From: an uncultured virus (IMG/VR IMGVR_UViG_3300029258_004075)
Taxonomy: Duplodnaviria > Heunggongvirae > Uroviricota > Caudoviricetes
Virus record (IMG/VR): IMGVR_UViG_3300029258_004075
Length of the DNA: 64,000 nucleotides
Direction: 5' to 3' (one strand)
A program made the translations under genes and the position numbers. Shown one piece after another: positions 1 through 9,621 of this stretch. Below the pieces are notes generated by a model. The model was given only the letters and a program-made list of their open reading frames with translations. It was not told the DNA's origin and ran no database searches. The number at the start of each line of letters is the position of its first letter. Positions within the stretch are counted from its first letter, which is position 1.

Positions 1-1
1 A

Positions 2-976
2 GAGCACTTACAACCAGAACATAACATACACATTATTACACCAGATGAATTTAATGTCCCTGATTGTAGCATTGTGGATAATACGAACCTTATGTCTCTT
101 ATTCATCGTTTTTTTGGTAATACTATATCGTTAGAACAGCTTATATACAATATTAAACTTGACAGTGAATATAAGAAATTTAAAAAGTATGATGTGTTGT
201 GGAATACAGGAGGGGTGTTTTCTGCTTTATTCTGCGGAAAGCTCTCTAAAAAGTATAATATCCCATACATTGTTACCTATTATCGACCAACAACCCCATC
301 AATGCTATTAACAGCCAGCACACAGCCTAATGCTTTTATAACATCAAACCAACGACAACAATTTTATGTTGAATTGCATAACCCATCACTCTCAGTACAC
401 ACCATTCCTCCTGGTATTGAGTTAAATCACTTTTCGGTTACAAAAACACACCCATCACTTAAGCATGTTAAACACCCTATCTTTTTAACTCGAGACCCAC
501 TATACAAACATAATAAAACAGAAAACATCATACAAGCAATCTCCAGGTTAGATAAAGGAACACTCGTCGTTGCATCAGAAGGTCCTGAATCACGGTACAT
601 CAAAGCACTTGGTGAATGGCTTTTAGGCGAAGAGCGCTTTGTGTTTCTTGAACCGCAACTTTACAATCATAGTTCGCCTCTTTATAGTAGTGCAGATATT
701 TACATTACGACTTTAGAAAGCGAAGATTATCCAAGATATGCTCTTGAAGCGTTAGCATCAAACATTCCTGTTATATACAATCAGAACGACAATCACTCTT
801 GGTTTATAGATGATGGGGGAATACCCGTGGATACAAACGATGAAGAAACCTTTGCCAAAAGAATTAATACAGCACTCTATATGGAATGGAAAGATAAGCC
901 AAAAAAACGGGTAGAGAAGTTTAGTGTTGATAGGGCGGTAGAGCAATATAACAAGCTTTTGGATGGTTTTGCATGA
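2..976 (+). CDS. Glycosyltransferase, GT4/GT-B fold (5' truncated by window edge)
   Basis: Frame is open from position 2. GT4-like motifs IPPGIEL, YSSADIYITT and E..P..ALEALASNIPVI. Confidence 0.8.
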   Translation, partial: EHLQPEHNIHIITPDEFNVPDCSIVDNTNLMSLIHRFFGNTISLEQLIYNIKLDSEYKKFKKYDVLWNTGGVFSALFCGKLSKKYNIPYIVTYYRPTTPSMLLTASTQPNAFITSNQRQQFYVELHNPSLSVHTIPPGIELNHFSVTKTHPSLKHVKHPIFLTRDPLYKHNKTENIIQAISRLDKGTLVVASEGPESRYIKALGEWLLGEERFVFLEPQLYNHSSPLYSSADIYITTLESEDYPRYALEALASNIPVIYNQNDNHSWFIDDGGIPVDTNDEETFAKRINTALYMEWKDKPKKRVEKFSVDRAVEQYNKLLDGFA

Positions 977-1251
977 ACACAGGAAAAATATTAGAGTTTA
1001 GTGGCGGTACATGTATAGCAATTGTCCTTATACTTATAGGCTTTCATACGGCAAATGTTGTGTGGTTGTTTGCCGGTATCATTATTGGTATCTTTAGTTT
1101 ATGCTTGATAGGTACTCCTGCACACCCAATCGAAAGAGAATTAGTAGCAGAATGCCCTTCATGTCACGCTTTGTATGAGTTTCAGGAAGAACATTTTGAT
1201 AGACCAATCAATTGTCCAAACTGCAATGCAAAACAGATTATAGAAAGATAG
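973..1251 (+). CDS. Small 2-TM protein with C-terminal Zn ribbon
   Basis: Two hydrophobic helices followed by CPSC...CPNC. Confidence 0.6.
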   Translation: MNTGKILEFSGGTCIAIVLILIGFHTANVVWLFAGIIIGIFSLCLIGTPAHPIERELVAECPSCHALYEFQEEHFDRPINCPNCNAKQIIER

Positions 1252-1275
1252 AAGAAAATCTAAAACATTAAATAT
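1249..1275 (+). promoter_or_regulatory. Archaeal-type promoter (TAGAAGAAAATC box + BRE/TATA)
   Basis: tagaagaaaatctaaaacattaaata; near-identical copy at 7474-7500. Confidence 0.55.
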
Positions 1276-3317
1276 TGAGGACACATTATTTAGTTTTGGT
1301 GAGCGTGGTGAAAACAATATTCGCGGAAAAATATCGACCTCAAACATTAGAAGACGTTGCTGGGCAAGAAGAGGCAGTAAAAAGCTTAAAAGGATTTATT
1401 GAGCATGATAAAATCCCTCATATGCTCTTTACAGGACCTGCTGGTGTCGGCAAGACAACCGCTGCGATAGCACTTGCGAAGGATTTGTTTGGGAAAGAAT
1501 GGAAAAAATACTTTTTAGAAATGAATGCTAGTGATGATAACGGTATCAAAACGATTAGAGAAAAGGTAAAGAATTACGCAAGAATTAAAGTTGTTGAGCG
1601 TGATTATAAACTCATCTTTATGGATGAAGCGGACAACATGTGCTTAACAGAAGACACAGAAATCATTACTGGTTCTCTAAAGAATAAAAAAATTAGAAAG
1701 CTTGGTGATATGATTGTTGGTCGTTCTATTATGATTCCTTCTGTCAATCCAGAAACATTACGGCTGGAAGATGATAGAGGAAAATTAATAGACTCAGGCT
1801 ATACAGATTTTTATAGAGTAACATTTGAAGATGGGTCTATTGTACAAGCATCTGCTAATCACCCATTCTTTAAAATAAAAAATGATGCGCTATCACAAAT
1901 AAAATTAGAAGATTTATCTATTGGTGATTCAATAGTTGAAGTGGATGAAAAAGTGTTTAGAAGATGTCCTATTTGTGGAAAAAGAACATTCAATAAAAAT
2001 ACTTGTTCCTATGAATGTGCTAACAAACTTCATTCACAAAGAATGTCTGGCTCTGGAAATTCTATGTATGGAAAGACAGCATGGAATAAAGGAAAGACAA
2101 AAGAAGACGATGAAAGAATAGCAAAACAAGGGCTTTCTGGAGAATTAAATCCTAACTATGGCGGAACTTGGAATGGTCCTATTTTTTGGAGAACAGCAAC
2201 TAAAGCACAAAAAGAAAGCGCCAGAAAAAAATTGAGTGATAGGTTAAAAGGAAAAACATATAAAGAAATTTACGGTGAAGACAGAGAATTAGAAATGAGG
2301 GCAAAAACTAATCCAAGCAGTTCTATAGAAAGAATTAAAACAAATATTTGGATAACAGAACAATTGTCTGATGATTACATTTATTGCGAAGACTGTGGTA
2401 AAAAACTATTGACAAGCGGAAGAACAAAAAACTCTGTGTATGTTCATCATAAGGATGGAAATCATGATAATCATACTCCTAAAAACATTAAATTTGTGTG
2501 TCCAAAGTGCCATAATACAGTTGAACATGAAGACCATTTTAGAGACTGGCTGAAATTAGGACAACAAGCAGTTCATAATGGGTTAAAAATTACTGATATA
2601 GAATTTATTGGAAGAAAGAAAGCTTGGAATATAACAATGGAAAAAAACCAAAACTTTATTCTTTCTAATGGTGTAGTAACACATAATACTAAGGATGCGC
2701 AATCTGCCCTTCGCCGTATTATAGAGAAGTATTCTGACACCTGCCGATTTATTCTCTCCTGCAATTATCCAAATAAGATTATTGACCCAATCAAAGACCG
2801 TTGTGTCGTATTCCGTTTTAAGAAGATAAGTCCACAGGACATGACAGCGCTTATCAAAAAGGTCGTGAAAGAAGAAAACATGGATATGACGGAAGACGCT
2901 CAAAAGGAGTTAGCCAAACTCTCTCACGGAACAATGCGTGTCATATTAAATACCTTGTATCGACTTAAATATGGTGATAAATCCATACAAACCATTACGA
3001 AAAAGGAAGTGCGCTCCAACATGTGCTATGTAGATGATAAAGACATACAAAAACTGGTTTACTTAGCAAAGAAAGGCGACATCAAGACAGTTGAGGAAGA
3101 GCTTGAAAATGTCCTATATAATAAAGGATATACGACACTTGAAATAATAAGAGCACTCCGGCGCTTGTTGAAAGAATCAACTGTTCTCTCCAATACCAAC
3201 AAGATAAAAGCACTTGTCCGTATTGGTGACCTAGACTTCCGTATTGCTGAAGGTGCAACACCTGACATCCAACTTAAAACATACTTCGTTTATCTAATGC
3301 AACTATATAAGGAATGA
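1275..3317 (+). CDS. rfcS: Replication factor C small subunit, intein-containing (real start probably GTG at 1305 or 1308)
   Basis: EKYRP, Walker A GPAGVGKTT, EMNASD, Walker B DEAD, AQSALRR, FILSCN, DRC (SRC-like). Confidence 0.95.
   Translation: MRTHYLVLVSVVKTIFAEKYRPQTLEDVAGQEEAVKSLKGFIEHDKIPHMLFTGPAGVGKTTAAIALAKDLFGKEWKKYFLEMNASDDNGIKTIREKVKNYARIKVVERDYKLIFMDEADNMCLTEDTEIITGSLKNKKIRKLGDMIVGRSIMIPSVNPETLRLEDDRGKLIDSGYTDFYRVTFEDGSIVQASANHPFFKIKNDALSQIKLEDLSIGDSIVEVDEKVFRRCPICGKRTFNKNTCSYECANKLHSQRMSGSGNSMYGKTAWNKGKTKEDDERIAKQGLSGELNPNYGGTWNGPIFWRTATKAQKESARKKLSDRLKGKTYKEIYGEDRELEMRAKTNPSSSIERIKTNIWITEQLSDDYIYCEDCGKKLLTSGRTKNSVYVHHKDGNHDNHTPKNIKFVCPKCHNTVEHEDHFRDWLKLGQQAVHNGLKITDIEFIGRKKAWNITMEKNQNFILSNGVVTHNTKDAQSALRRIIEKYSDTCRFILSCNYPNKIIDPIKDRCVVFRFKKISPQDMTALIKKVVKEENMDMTEDAQKELAKLSHGTMRVILNTLYRLKYGDKSIQTITKKEVRSNMCYVDDKDIQKLVYLAKKGDIKTVEEELENVLYNKGYTTLEIIRALRRLLKESTVLSNTNKIKALVRIGDLDFRIAEGATPDIQLKTYFVYLMQLYKE
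1641..2687 (+). mobile_element. Intein (349 aa) with Zn finger, NUMOD3-like motifs and HNH homing endonuclease
   Basis: Junctions DEADNM|CLTEDTEI ... NFILSNGVVTHN|TKDAQ; block B ASANHPFF; HNH VHHKDGNHDNHTPKNIKFVCPKCHN. Confidence 0.93.
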
Positions 3318-3544
3318 TATTTATGGAAAACGTAGACTCATACCTATCACCTATATCACTTACCTGTCCAAACTGTGGTTATGTTTGGGTATTTACTGGG
3401 AACTGCCTCAACAGAACGACTTGCCCTTGTTGTAAAGGTGGAGTCACACTAAAGGTATGCGCTACAGAAGAAGCGTACGAACAACGCTTAGAAGAATTTT
3501 GTGAACTCATAACGTATATGCGAGAGGAAGGATTATATGAATAA
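3314..3544 (+). CDS. Zn-ribbon hypothetical protein
   Basis: CPNCGYVW...CPCC. Confidence 0.55.
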   Translation: MIFMENVDSYLSPISLTCPNCGYVWVFTGNCLNRTTCPCCKGGVTLKVCATEEAYEQRLEEFCELITYMREEGLYE

Positions 3545-3728
3545 ACACCCTACACAGATAGAAGTAGTAAAAAAATCACTAAAACTACTCGATAAATGGC
3601 TTGCAGAAAAAGACATCACCGAATCAAGAGCGGAAGCCCTTATACGAGTAAAATCAAGATTTGATGATTATCATATCATGCTCAAATGCAAATGTGATGT
3701 TAAGAAATATGTGGAGTGGAAAGAATGA
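3537..3728 (+). CDS. Hypothetical protein
   Basis: RBS-preceded ORF overlapping both neighbours. Confidence 0.5.
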   Translation: MNKHPTQIEVVKKSLKLLDKWLAEKDITESRAEALIRVKSRFDDYHIMLKCKCDVKKYVEWKE

Positions 3729-4267
3729 AAGAAGGAAGTAAGCAAGAACAGGACCAACAATCACGCCAAACGGAAGAGAAATTACCTGAAAGAGTTCGAC
3801 ATAGCATTGATAAGGTTGACGAAGCGTTAGGAATCAAGTTCTGGTTCACAAAGACCATCATTATGTTTATGCTTCTTATCGGTATTCTTATCTTTCTCGA
3901 CACATATATCCAGTTTGATATTCTCATCATTGGTTTAACTGGCATCATTATAGCGCTGGTTTTCGGCTTTTTTCATGAGGTTATGCACTACTGGAAGGCA
4001 CATCAGCTCGGCTACGAGGTTGAATGGTGGAGAACGACCTTTCGGATGGGGTTTAATGTTGATAGTGGAGACAGGTCAATGGAACAGTGGAACAGAGATA
4101 ATAGGCAGATAGCATTAGCACCATACTATCTTGTGATACCTATAGCAACACTATTTCTAGTCGTTGGTCTCCTTTTTAGAGATTGGGGTGTTGTCTTAGG
4201 ATGCTCTGCCACACTATTAATGCACGCATTCTCTTACACTAAAGAAGGACAAGAGGTTGTTGATTAG
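3725..4267 (+). CDS. Membrane metallopeptidase-like protein (M50/site-2-protease-like)
   Basis: Multiple TMs, HEVMH (HExxH) at end of a TM, downstream IALAP motif. Confidence 0.6.
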   Translation: MKEGSKQEQDQQSRQTEEKLPERVRHSIDKVDEALGIKFWFTKTIIMFMLLIGILIFLDTYIQFDILIIGLTGIIIALVFGFFHEVMHYWKAHQLGYEVEWWRTTFRMGFNVDSGDRSMEQWNRDNRQIALAPYYLVIPIATLFLVVGLLFRDWGVVLGCSATLLMHAFSYTKEGQEVVD

Positions 4268-5013
4268 TGACATATGAAAAACTGTCGAGAGGATTAAGTC
4301 AGTCTGCACTTGCGGTATATAGAGAATGTCCATATGCATACAAACTACATTACATTGACAAATATCAACCTATCTTTTGGGACCCATCCATTCTTGACGT
4401 GGGGTCTTATGTTCACGAAGCACTCGACCGCTATTATAGACATCACTTTCTCGTTCATCCACAAGACAGAGACGACATACTCATCGAAACATATGATGAG
4501 CTGAAAGATGTATGGGATAAATCACTTACTCCTGAACAGTTAAACAAAGCGTATACGTGCCTTGAGAACCATGCAGATTGGGAGTATAAGCAGACCCAAA
4601 AAGGTATTCGTACAAAACCATTAACTGAAATTAAAATTGGAAGAAACGGCTTTTTCGGGATTCTCGATTATGTTGACCTCACAACGGACACTGTAATTGA
4701 TTGGAAAACTGGCAAGTACCCATCACTCTCCTATAATTATCGGATGCAAGCAGCAATCTACAAAACCTTATACGAGAACAACTTTAACCGTAAACTGAGA
4801 AACCTTAGCTTCTTTTTCTTACACGGGAATGCGTGGAGAACAGTCGGTTTCGGCAAGGAAAAACAAAAGAAAGTTACCTTTGACGTATACGACCTTAAAA
4901 ACCGAATTGCCAAATCATATGAGACAGGAGAGTGGCCTAAAGAGCCAAGATTGAAATCTGGTTGCAAAAACTGCCAGTACAATTATTATTGCCACATAAT
5001 AAAAAAAGATTAA
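4267..5013 (+). CDS. PD-(D/E)xK exonuclease, Cas4/RecB-like with Fe-S cysteines
   Basis: LSQS..YRECP, GSYVHEAL, GILD, IDWKTG, QAAIY, CKNCQYNYYC. Confidence 0.85.
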   Translation: MTYEKLSRGLSQSALAVYRECPYAYKLHYIDKYQPIFWDPSILDVGSYVHEALDRYYRHHFLVHPQDRDDILIETYDELKDVWDKSLTPEQLNKAYTCLENHADWEYKQTQKGIRTKPLTEIKIGRNGFFGILDYVDLTTDTVIDWKTGKYPSLSYNYRMQAAIYKTLYENNFNRKLRNLSFFFLHGNAWRTVGFGKEKQKKVTFDVYDLKNRIAKSYETGEWPKEPRLKSGCKNCQYNYYCHIIKKD

Positions 5014-5051
5014 AAAACCATATAACCATTACAATAATAAGAGGTGGTGAC

Positions 5052-5279
5052 ATGACAGACAAAGAAAAGAGCGATGCATTAACGGACGAAGAAAGAGTAG
5101 AACTGTACGAACTGCGGAAAAAAAGAGTCGAGCAACTTGAAAAAGATATCAAGTCTCTCAAGCAGTATGTCGGTATTTGTTCGGATGGTATACTCACCAA
5201 CAAGAAAAGAATAGAAGCACTAAATGATAAGTTAGAGAAAGGGGATAAATCAGAAGATGAAATTAATTATGTTCATTGA
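5052..5279 (+). CDS. Hypothetical coiled-coil protein
   Basis: ATG at 5052 after GAGGTGGTGA RBS. Confidence 0.55.
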   Translation: MTDKEKSDALTDEERVELYELRKKRVEQLEKDIKSLKQYVGICSDGILTNKKRIEALNDKLEKGDKSEDEINYVH

Positions 5280-5288
5280 GGTAATAAT

Positions 5289-5678
5289 ATGAATGAAGAA
5301 ATGGAAGTAACAAGAGTTTTTAAGTGGCACGCAGCACATAATCTATGTCTACCATATTCATCCAAATGTACCAACTTACACGGTCACACCTACCGAGTAG
5401 AAATTACCTTTGCCGGTCCTTTAAACAAGGAAGGAATGGTTGTCGACTTTGGTGAAATAGAAGAAATAGGACAAGAGGTCTCATTTGACCATCAACTCGT
5501 AAACGACATTCCCTATTTCCGTGAAAATAATCCAACAGCAGAAAACATGGTACTATACCTAAAGCAAGAGATAGAAAAATTATTAGAAGGAACAGAATAT
5601 AAAGACGTTTATGTCAAACAAGTTAAGGTTTGGGAAACGGACAACTCATACGCGGTGAAACGATGGAAAAGAGCCTAA
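5289..5678 (+). CDS. queD: 6-carboxy-5,6,7,8-tetrahydropterin synthase
   Basis: AAH.L, CTNLHGHTY, VDFG, FDH, PTAEN, VWET. Confidence 0.95.
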   Translation: MNEEMEVTRVFKWHAAHNLCLPYSSKCTNLHGHTYRVEITFAGPLNKEGMVVDFGEIEEIGQEVSFDHQLVNDIPYFRENNPTAENMVLYLKQEIEKLLEGTEYKDVYVKQVKVWETDNSYAVKRWKRA

Positions 5679-6277
5679 ACATCAACAATATCTTCGAATC
5701 AATCCAAGGTGAAGGAAAGTACGCTGGAACACCAGTACTCTTTATAAGGACGGCAGGTTGCAACCTACGTTGTCCTTGGTGTGACACAGCCTATGCCTTC
5801 GGTGAAGGTGATAAGATGTCCGTTGACACTGTAGCTGAGAAGATAGACAAATCAAATAAGTTTGTCGTGGTGTGGACAGGTGGAGAACCTCTCATGCAAG
5901 GTCACCTCATCAAACAAGTGCGAAAGAAGGTTATTCCTGAGGTGGAGTTTCACGCAGAGACCAACGGAACCTATCTCAACGAAAACTTAGATGCCTTCAA
6001 TTACGTTTGCTTCTCTCCAAAAAAAGAAATGGATGCAGCAAATGTACAACGCTATGCTAAAAAGCACCTCACAAACTACGACATCAAAGTGGTTACTGAC
6101 TTGAATAGCGTTGGTTCCGACATGTTAAATTATGCAACAATGCTTATGCCCTTAACAACCTTTTCAAAGGATGACCAAAGAATCAAACGACGAGTGTGGA
6201 ATTATTGCGTTAAGAAAGACATCAAATATACACCCCGTTTACATGTAGATGTGTGGGGTAAAGAGCGAGGAAGGTAA
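5663..6277 (+). CDS. queE: 7-carboxy-7-deazaguanine synthase (radical SAM)
   Basis: FESIQGEG, GCNLRCPWCDT, TGGEP, ETNGT, SPK, PRLH. Confidence 0.95.
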   Translation: MEKSLNINNIFESIQGEGKYAGTPVLFIRTAGCNLRCPWCDTAYAFGEGDKMSVDTVAEKIDKSNKFVVVWTGGEPLMQGHLIKQVRKKVIPEVEFHAETNGTYLNENLDAFNYVCFSPKKEMDAANVQRYAKKHLTNYDIKVVTDLNSVGSDMLNYATMLMPLTTFSKDDQRIKRRVWNYCVKKDIKYTPRLHVDVWGKERGR

Positions 6278-6283
6278 ATATAT

Positions 6284-6553
6284 ATGCCCAGAATAGAGTT
6301 TAGAAATTTGGAAGAAGCAGAAGTTTGGATTAAAGACATTATCGTCTCATCCAATAAAAATTACCACGGCTACTTCACAGATAACAACGAACTTATCCTC
6401 ATCCCAGGAAAGTCGACTCGACCAACAATTTACGGTCTCGTTTACTTTGCTGATTACACACAAGTAAAAAAACTCTTCGATAAGACATCAATACCTATCT
6501 ACCGCTGTCATGAATATGAGTGGAATCCAGACCGAGGAATGAGTAAAGAATGA
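6284..6553 (+). CDS. Hypothetical protein
   Basis: ORF in operon with RBS. Confidence 0.5.
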   Translation: MPRIEFRNLEEAEVWIKDIIVSSNKNYHGYFTDNNELILIPGKSTRPTIYGLVYFADYTQVKKLFDKTSIPIYRCHEYEWNPDRGMSKE

Positions 6554-6744
6554 TTGCAGTACGTAAGACAATTCGGGATATTGCGTTCGAGAAAGCGAAA
6601 GAGCGTAGTAACATCGACATTAAAAAGGATAGTGGCGAAATAGACGCAATTGCTGCGTTTGTTGAAAGAGCAACAGAAGACATGATTGATGGTATGCTGG
6701 ACATGTTTGAAGATGGTTTAATAATTGGAAGAAGAGAAAAATGA
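6550..6744 (+). CDS. Hypothetical helical protein, paralog A
   Basis: Aligns end-to-end with 6741..6929. Confidence 0.6.
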   Translation: MIAVRKTIRDIAFEKAKERSNIDIKKDSGEIDAIAAFVERATEDMIDGMLDMFEDGLIIGRREK

Positions 6745-6929
6745 GAACTATACGACAAATGGTATTTGATGAGGCAGAAGATTATAGCAACATTAATTTG
6801 AAGAGAGATGAGGAAGAATTAATAATTATATCCGACACAGCAGAATATATCATACACAACGTTATTACCTCAATGCTTGATATGTTAGATGATGGGATAA
6901 TCATAGGAAAGAGAAAGCATGGCACGTAA
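6741..6929 (+). CDS. Hypothetical helical protein, paralog B
   Basis: TIR...SNI.LK.D...MLDM..DG.IIG.R shared with previous ORF. Confidence 0.6.
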   Translation: MRTIRQMVFDEAEDYSNINLKRDEEELIIISDTAEYIIHNVITSMLDMLDDGIIIGKRKHGT

Positions 6930-7476
6930 CCTATCATTCATACGGGACCACTATGTTGGTGCAGTAGTACACATGGTTACCATAATAGTTGCTTCTGTAG
7001 TGATGGCGTGGATAATGTATGTAATGATAGGGGAAATAGAAGACGAGCAAGATAGTAGAGTTGAAACGCTGACGTACCATAACAATTCTTTTATTGAAGT
7101 AATAGAAAGTAACGATGAAACTATACTTTTCTCATATGTAGAACCTAGTACCCTTGAAGGAGAATTTCTAGTAAACTTTCAAACAACGAATGAAGGTTTC
7201 TCTCTACCAATAGAACAGAAACAATCTCTTGATGATAAAGACTATCGAAAGGCATTCTGCTACACTAACCAAACCAACATCACTATAACTACAGCACTTT
7301 ACAATGAAACATCATTTGATAATCTCAGCGGTCAATACATTGTTACATTCACAAAGAGCAGACTCACGTATCTTGAATGTCTCTCATCACTTGACTTGAT
7401 AGAAAATCCATACCAGATATACTATAACTACTCATACAAGACCATTCCTTTTCAAGCACAACTTGTTTGTGATTAG
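6919..7476 (+). CDS. Membrane-anchored protein with archaeal pilin-like N-terminal helix
   Basis: VGAVVHMVTIIVASVVMAWIMYVMI followed by an N-glycosylation-sequon-rich ectodomain. Confidence 0.45.
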   Translation: MARNLSFIRDHYVGAVVHMVTIIVASVVMAWIMYVMIGEIEDEQDSRVETLTYHNNSFIEVIESNDETILFSYVEPSTLEGEFLVNFQTTNEGFSLPIEQKQSLDDKDYRKAFCYTNQTNITITTALYNETSFDNLSGQYIVTFTKSRLTYLECLSSLDLIENPYQIYYNYSYKTIPFQAQLVCD

Positions 7477-7537
7477 AAGAAAATCAAAAACATTATAAAC
7501 CACTCTCTTTTTATGTATATTGTAGGTGGTGAATTAA

Positions 7538-7651
7538 ACGAAAAAGTGTTTTTGTCCCAAATGTAATTATACATTAAATTCAGACGATGATAAACTTTTG
7601 TGCAACGCAACGAAATGTCCTCAGTGTGGGGCATACCTAATGGAGCAATAA
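7538..7651 (+). CDS. Small double Zn-ribbon protein with apparent ACG start (or start-mutated pseudogene); not in ORF track
   Basis: GGTGGTGA RBS, ACG, then KKCFCPKCNYTL...CNATKCPQCGAYLMEQ*. Confidence 0.5.
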   Translation, partial: TKKCFCPKCNYTLNSDDDKLLCNATKCPQCGAYLMEQ

Positions 7652-7655
7652 AAAC

Positions 7656-8396
7656 ATGAAATATCCACAGCAGTATACACTATCAAGTAATATAAACCAG
7701 CACTTTAACACCATCATGTCGTTTGTTCCGGAAGAAGTAACTATAGAGTACGGAAAGCAGAAATTCAAATATCATGATATTAAAACCTTTTCAGTTGCCC
7801 CATCATTTTGGAATATGTGGGATTGTAAGCACTGTGGTGCTTGCTGTCGCAGATATTATTTGATATGGGATGAAATATCAGCGTCGGATTTTAAGATAGG
7901 AACGAGAACATTTCCACAAATAAAGGTTAATGGTAAAAAGCATTTCATATTCGTTATCCCACCGAACCTATCAAAGAAGCATTGTGTTTGGGCAGAGGTT
8001 AAGGACGGACAAATCTATTGCAAGCATTATGAGCAGCGACCTCTTCTTTCTAGAATGCCTCACATGTTTATTCGACATCGAAGAGGAGAGAATGTATTAA
8101 TCAAGAGACAATTTGGCAGGAATTGGGCGCTGGGCTGTAAAGCCACAGAGGAACCATTTGACCCTAAAAACATTGAAGAAGTGAATCTTCCTCACATGAA
8201 GATGATACAGCGAATCATCAAATCATATGACCTAAACACAGAAATTATTAATAACGTCATTGAGCTCATTAAAATGGTTATAGAGCGCCAGGAAGCACCG
8301 GAACAAGAGGTTGTTGTTTATGGAAAGGTTAATCCTGGGCAGATTTGGTTTAAACATTGGTTTAAGGAAGCATACAACTTGGACAAGTGGTTATAA
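7656..8396 (+). CDS. YkgJ/CxxCxxCC cysteine-cluster family protein
   Basis: WDCKHCGACCRR ... C ... CKHYEQRP. Confidence 0.7.
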   Translation: MKYPQQYTLSSNINQHFNTIMSFVPEEVTIEYGKQKFKYHDIKTFSVAPSFWNMWDCKHCGACCRRYYLIWDEISASDFKIGTRTFPQIKVNGKKHFIFVIPPNLSKKHCVWAEVKDGQIYCKHYEQRPLLSRMPHMFIRHRRGENVLIKRQFGRNWALGCKATEEPFDPKNIEEVNLPHMKMIQRIIKSYDLNTEIINNVIELIKMVIERQEAPEQEVVVYGKVNPGQIWFKHWFKEAYNLDKWL

Positions 8397-8914
8397 TGGT
8401 TACAAAAGATAAGACGTGGAGATTAGAACGCGTAGCCAACTTAAATGATAAAGACCTAGGAACTGGTCGACACGACAGGATGTGCTTGTGGTTTGCGGAA
8501 AAAGAAAATTACATGCAAGTGCTAAAAGACATCGGTCATTTGCCACGCAAAACCAACGTTAAATTTAACTTGCAATGGGAGGAACCAATCAAACAAGGAA
8601 ACTATGTGATAGGGTTTCCGGACTTTCTCTTAACTGTCAACGATAAGAAAGAAAAGCAACCTCGTTACTATGTGATAGAAGTCAAACCAAAGATTGATTC
8701 TGTCGGCACGGTCATGCGACAACTCAAACTATACAAGAGTTACTTAAAAAATTTTCATCCTATTTTGGTCACAACGACGAAGAAATTCAAAAAGGTTTTT
8801 AATGACCAAGGTATTAGTTATTATGTCCTAAAAGAGAGAACCGACACGTTTACAGATGGAGATGAAATCGGTTTCGTGATAGAAGATAGTTCACCAGGCG
8901 AGTGGATAAGATGA
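8396..8914 (+). CDS. PD-(D/E)xK restriction-endonuclease-fold protein
   Basis: FPDFLL...VIEVKP...RQLKLY. Confidence 0.7.
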   Translation: MVTKDKTWRLERVANLNDKDLGTGRHDRMCLWFAEKENYMQVLKDIGHLPRKTNVKFNLQWEEPIKQGNYVIGFPDFLLTVNDKKEKQPRYYVIEVKPKIDSVGTVMRQLKLYKSYLKNFHPILVTTTKKFKKVFNDQGISYYVLKERTDTFTDGDEIGFVIEDSSPGEWIR

Positions 8915-9621
8915 ATAAGAAAATAGTAGTTGTTTATAGTGGAGGATTGGATTCTACCGTTCTCCTTTATCAAGCAGTCGATTTACACGGAAAAGACAAT
9001 GTGAAAGCAATCACATTTAATTACGGTTCACGACACAACAAGAAAGAAATAGAATGTGCTAAATGGAACACCAAACGCTTAGGTGTCGAACATCATATTT
9101 TTGACCTAGAAAACATCATAGGGCAGCACTTCCAATCAGCAATATTGAAGGGTGGAGAAAATGTTCCTCACGGTCACTATGCAGAAGAAAATATGAAAAA
9201 AACTGTTGTTCCACTTAGAAACGGAATCATGTTACTACTTGTTGGTGGTTATGCTGATTCCATTAACTTTAACGAAGTGTGGATAGCATCACACAGTGGG
9301 GACCATCACATTTACTTGGATTGTCGACCAGCATTCAACCGGCTAATGAATTTAGCAATCGAATATGGAACAGAAAATCGTGTTAAAATATCTGCTCCTT
9401 TTAATCACATGTATAAAGAGGACATTGTAAGTAAAGGACACCAATTAGCCGTTCCTTTTGAGCATACATGGTCTTGTTACAAAGGTGGAAGAGAACCTTG
9501 CTTAAAATGTGGAACGTGTCTAGAAAGAATTATTTCTTTTAGAAAAGCGAATGTAAAGGATTCTCTTTTAACAAAGGAACAATGGAAACAAGGATTAAAG
9601 AATGCACAAGGAATGAACTAA
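8911..9621 (+). CDS. queC: 7-cyano-7-deazaguanine (preQ0) synthase
   Basis: SGGLDS, FNYG..H..E, VPLRNG, YLDCRP, TWSCY, CLKCGTCLER. Confidence 0.95.
   Translation: MNKKIVVVYSGGLDSTVLLYQAVDLHGKDNVKAITFNYGSRHNKKEIECAKWNTKRLGVEHHIFDLENIIGQHFQSAILKGGENVPHGHYAEENMKKTVVPLRNGIMLLLVGGYADSINFNEVWIASHSGDHHIYLDCRPAFNRLMNLAIEYGTENRVKISAPFNHMYKEDIVSKGHQLAVPFEHTWSCYKGGREPCLKCGTCLERIISFRKANVKDSLLTKEQWKQGLKNAQGMN

Noticed and set aside
4267..5013. Cas4-like nuclease as evidence of a CRISPR-Cas locus
   Set aside because: No other cas genes and no repeat-spacer array; solo Cas4/RecB-like nucleases are common in viral replication modules.
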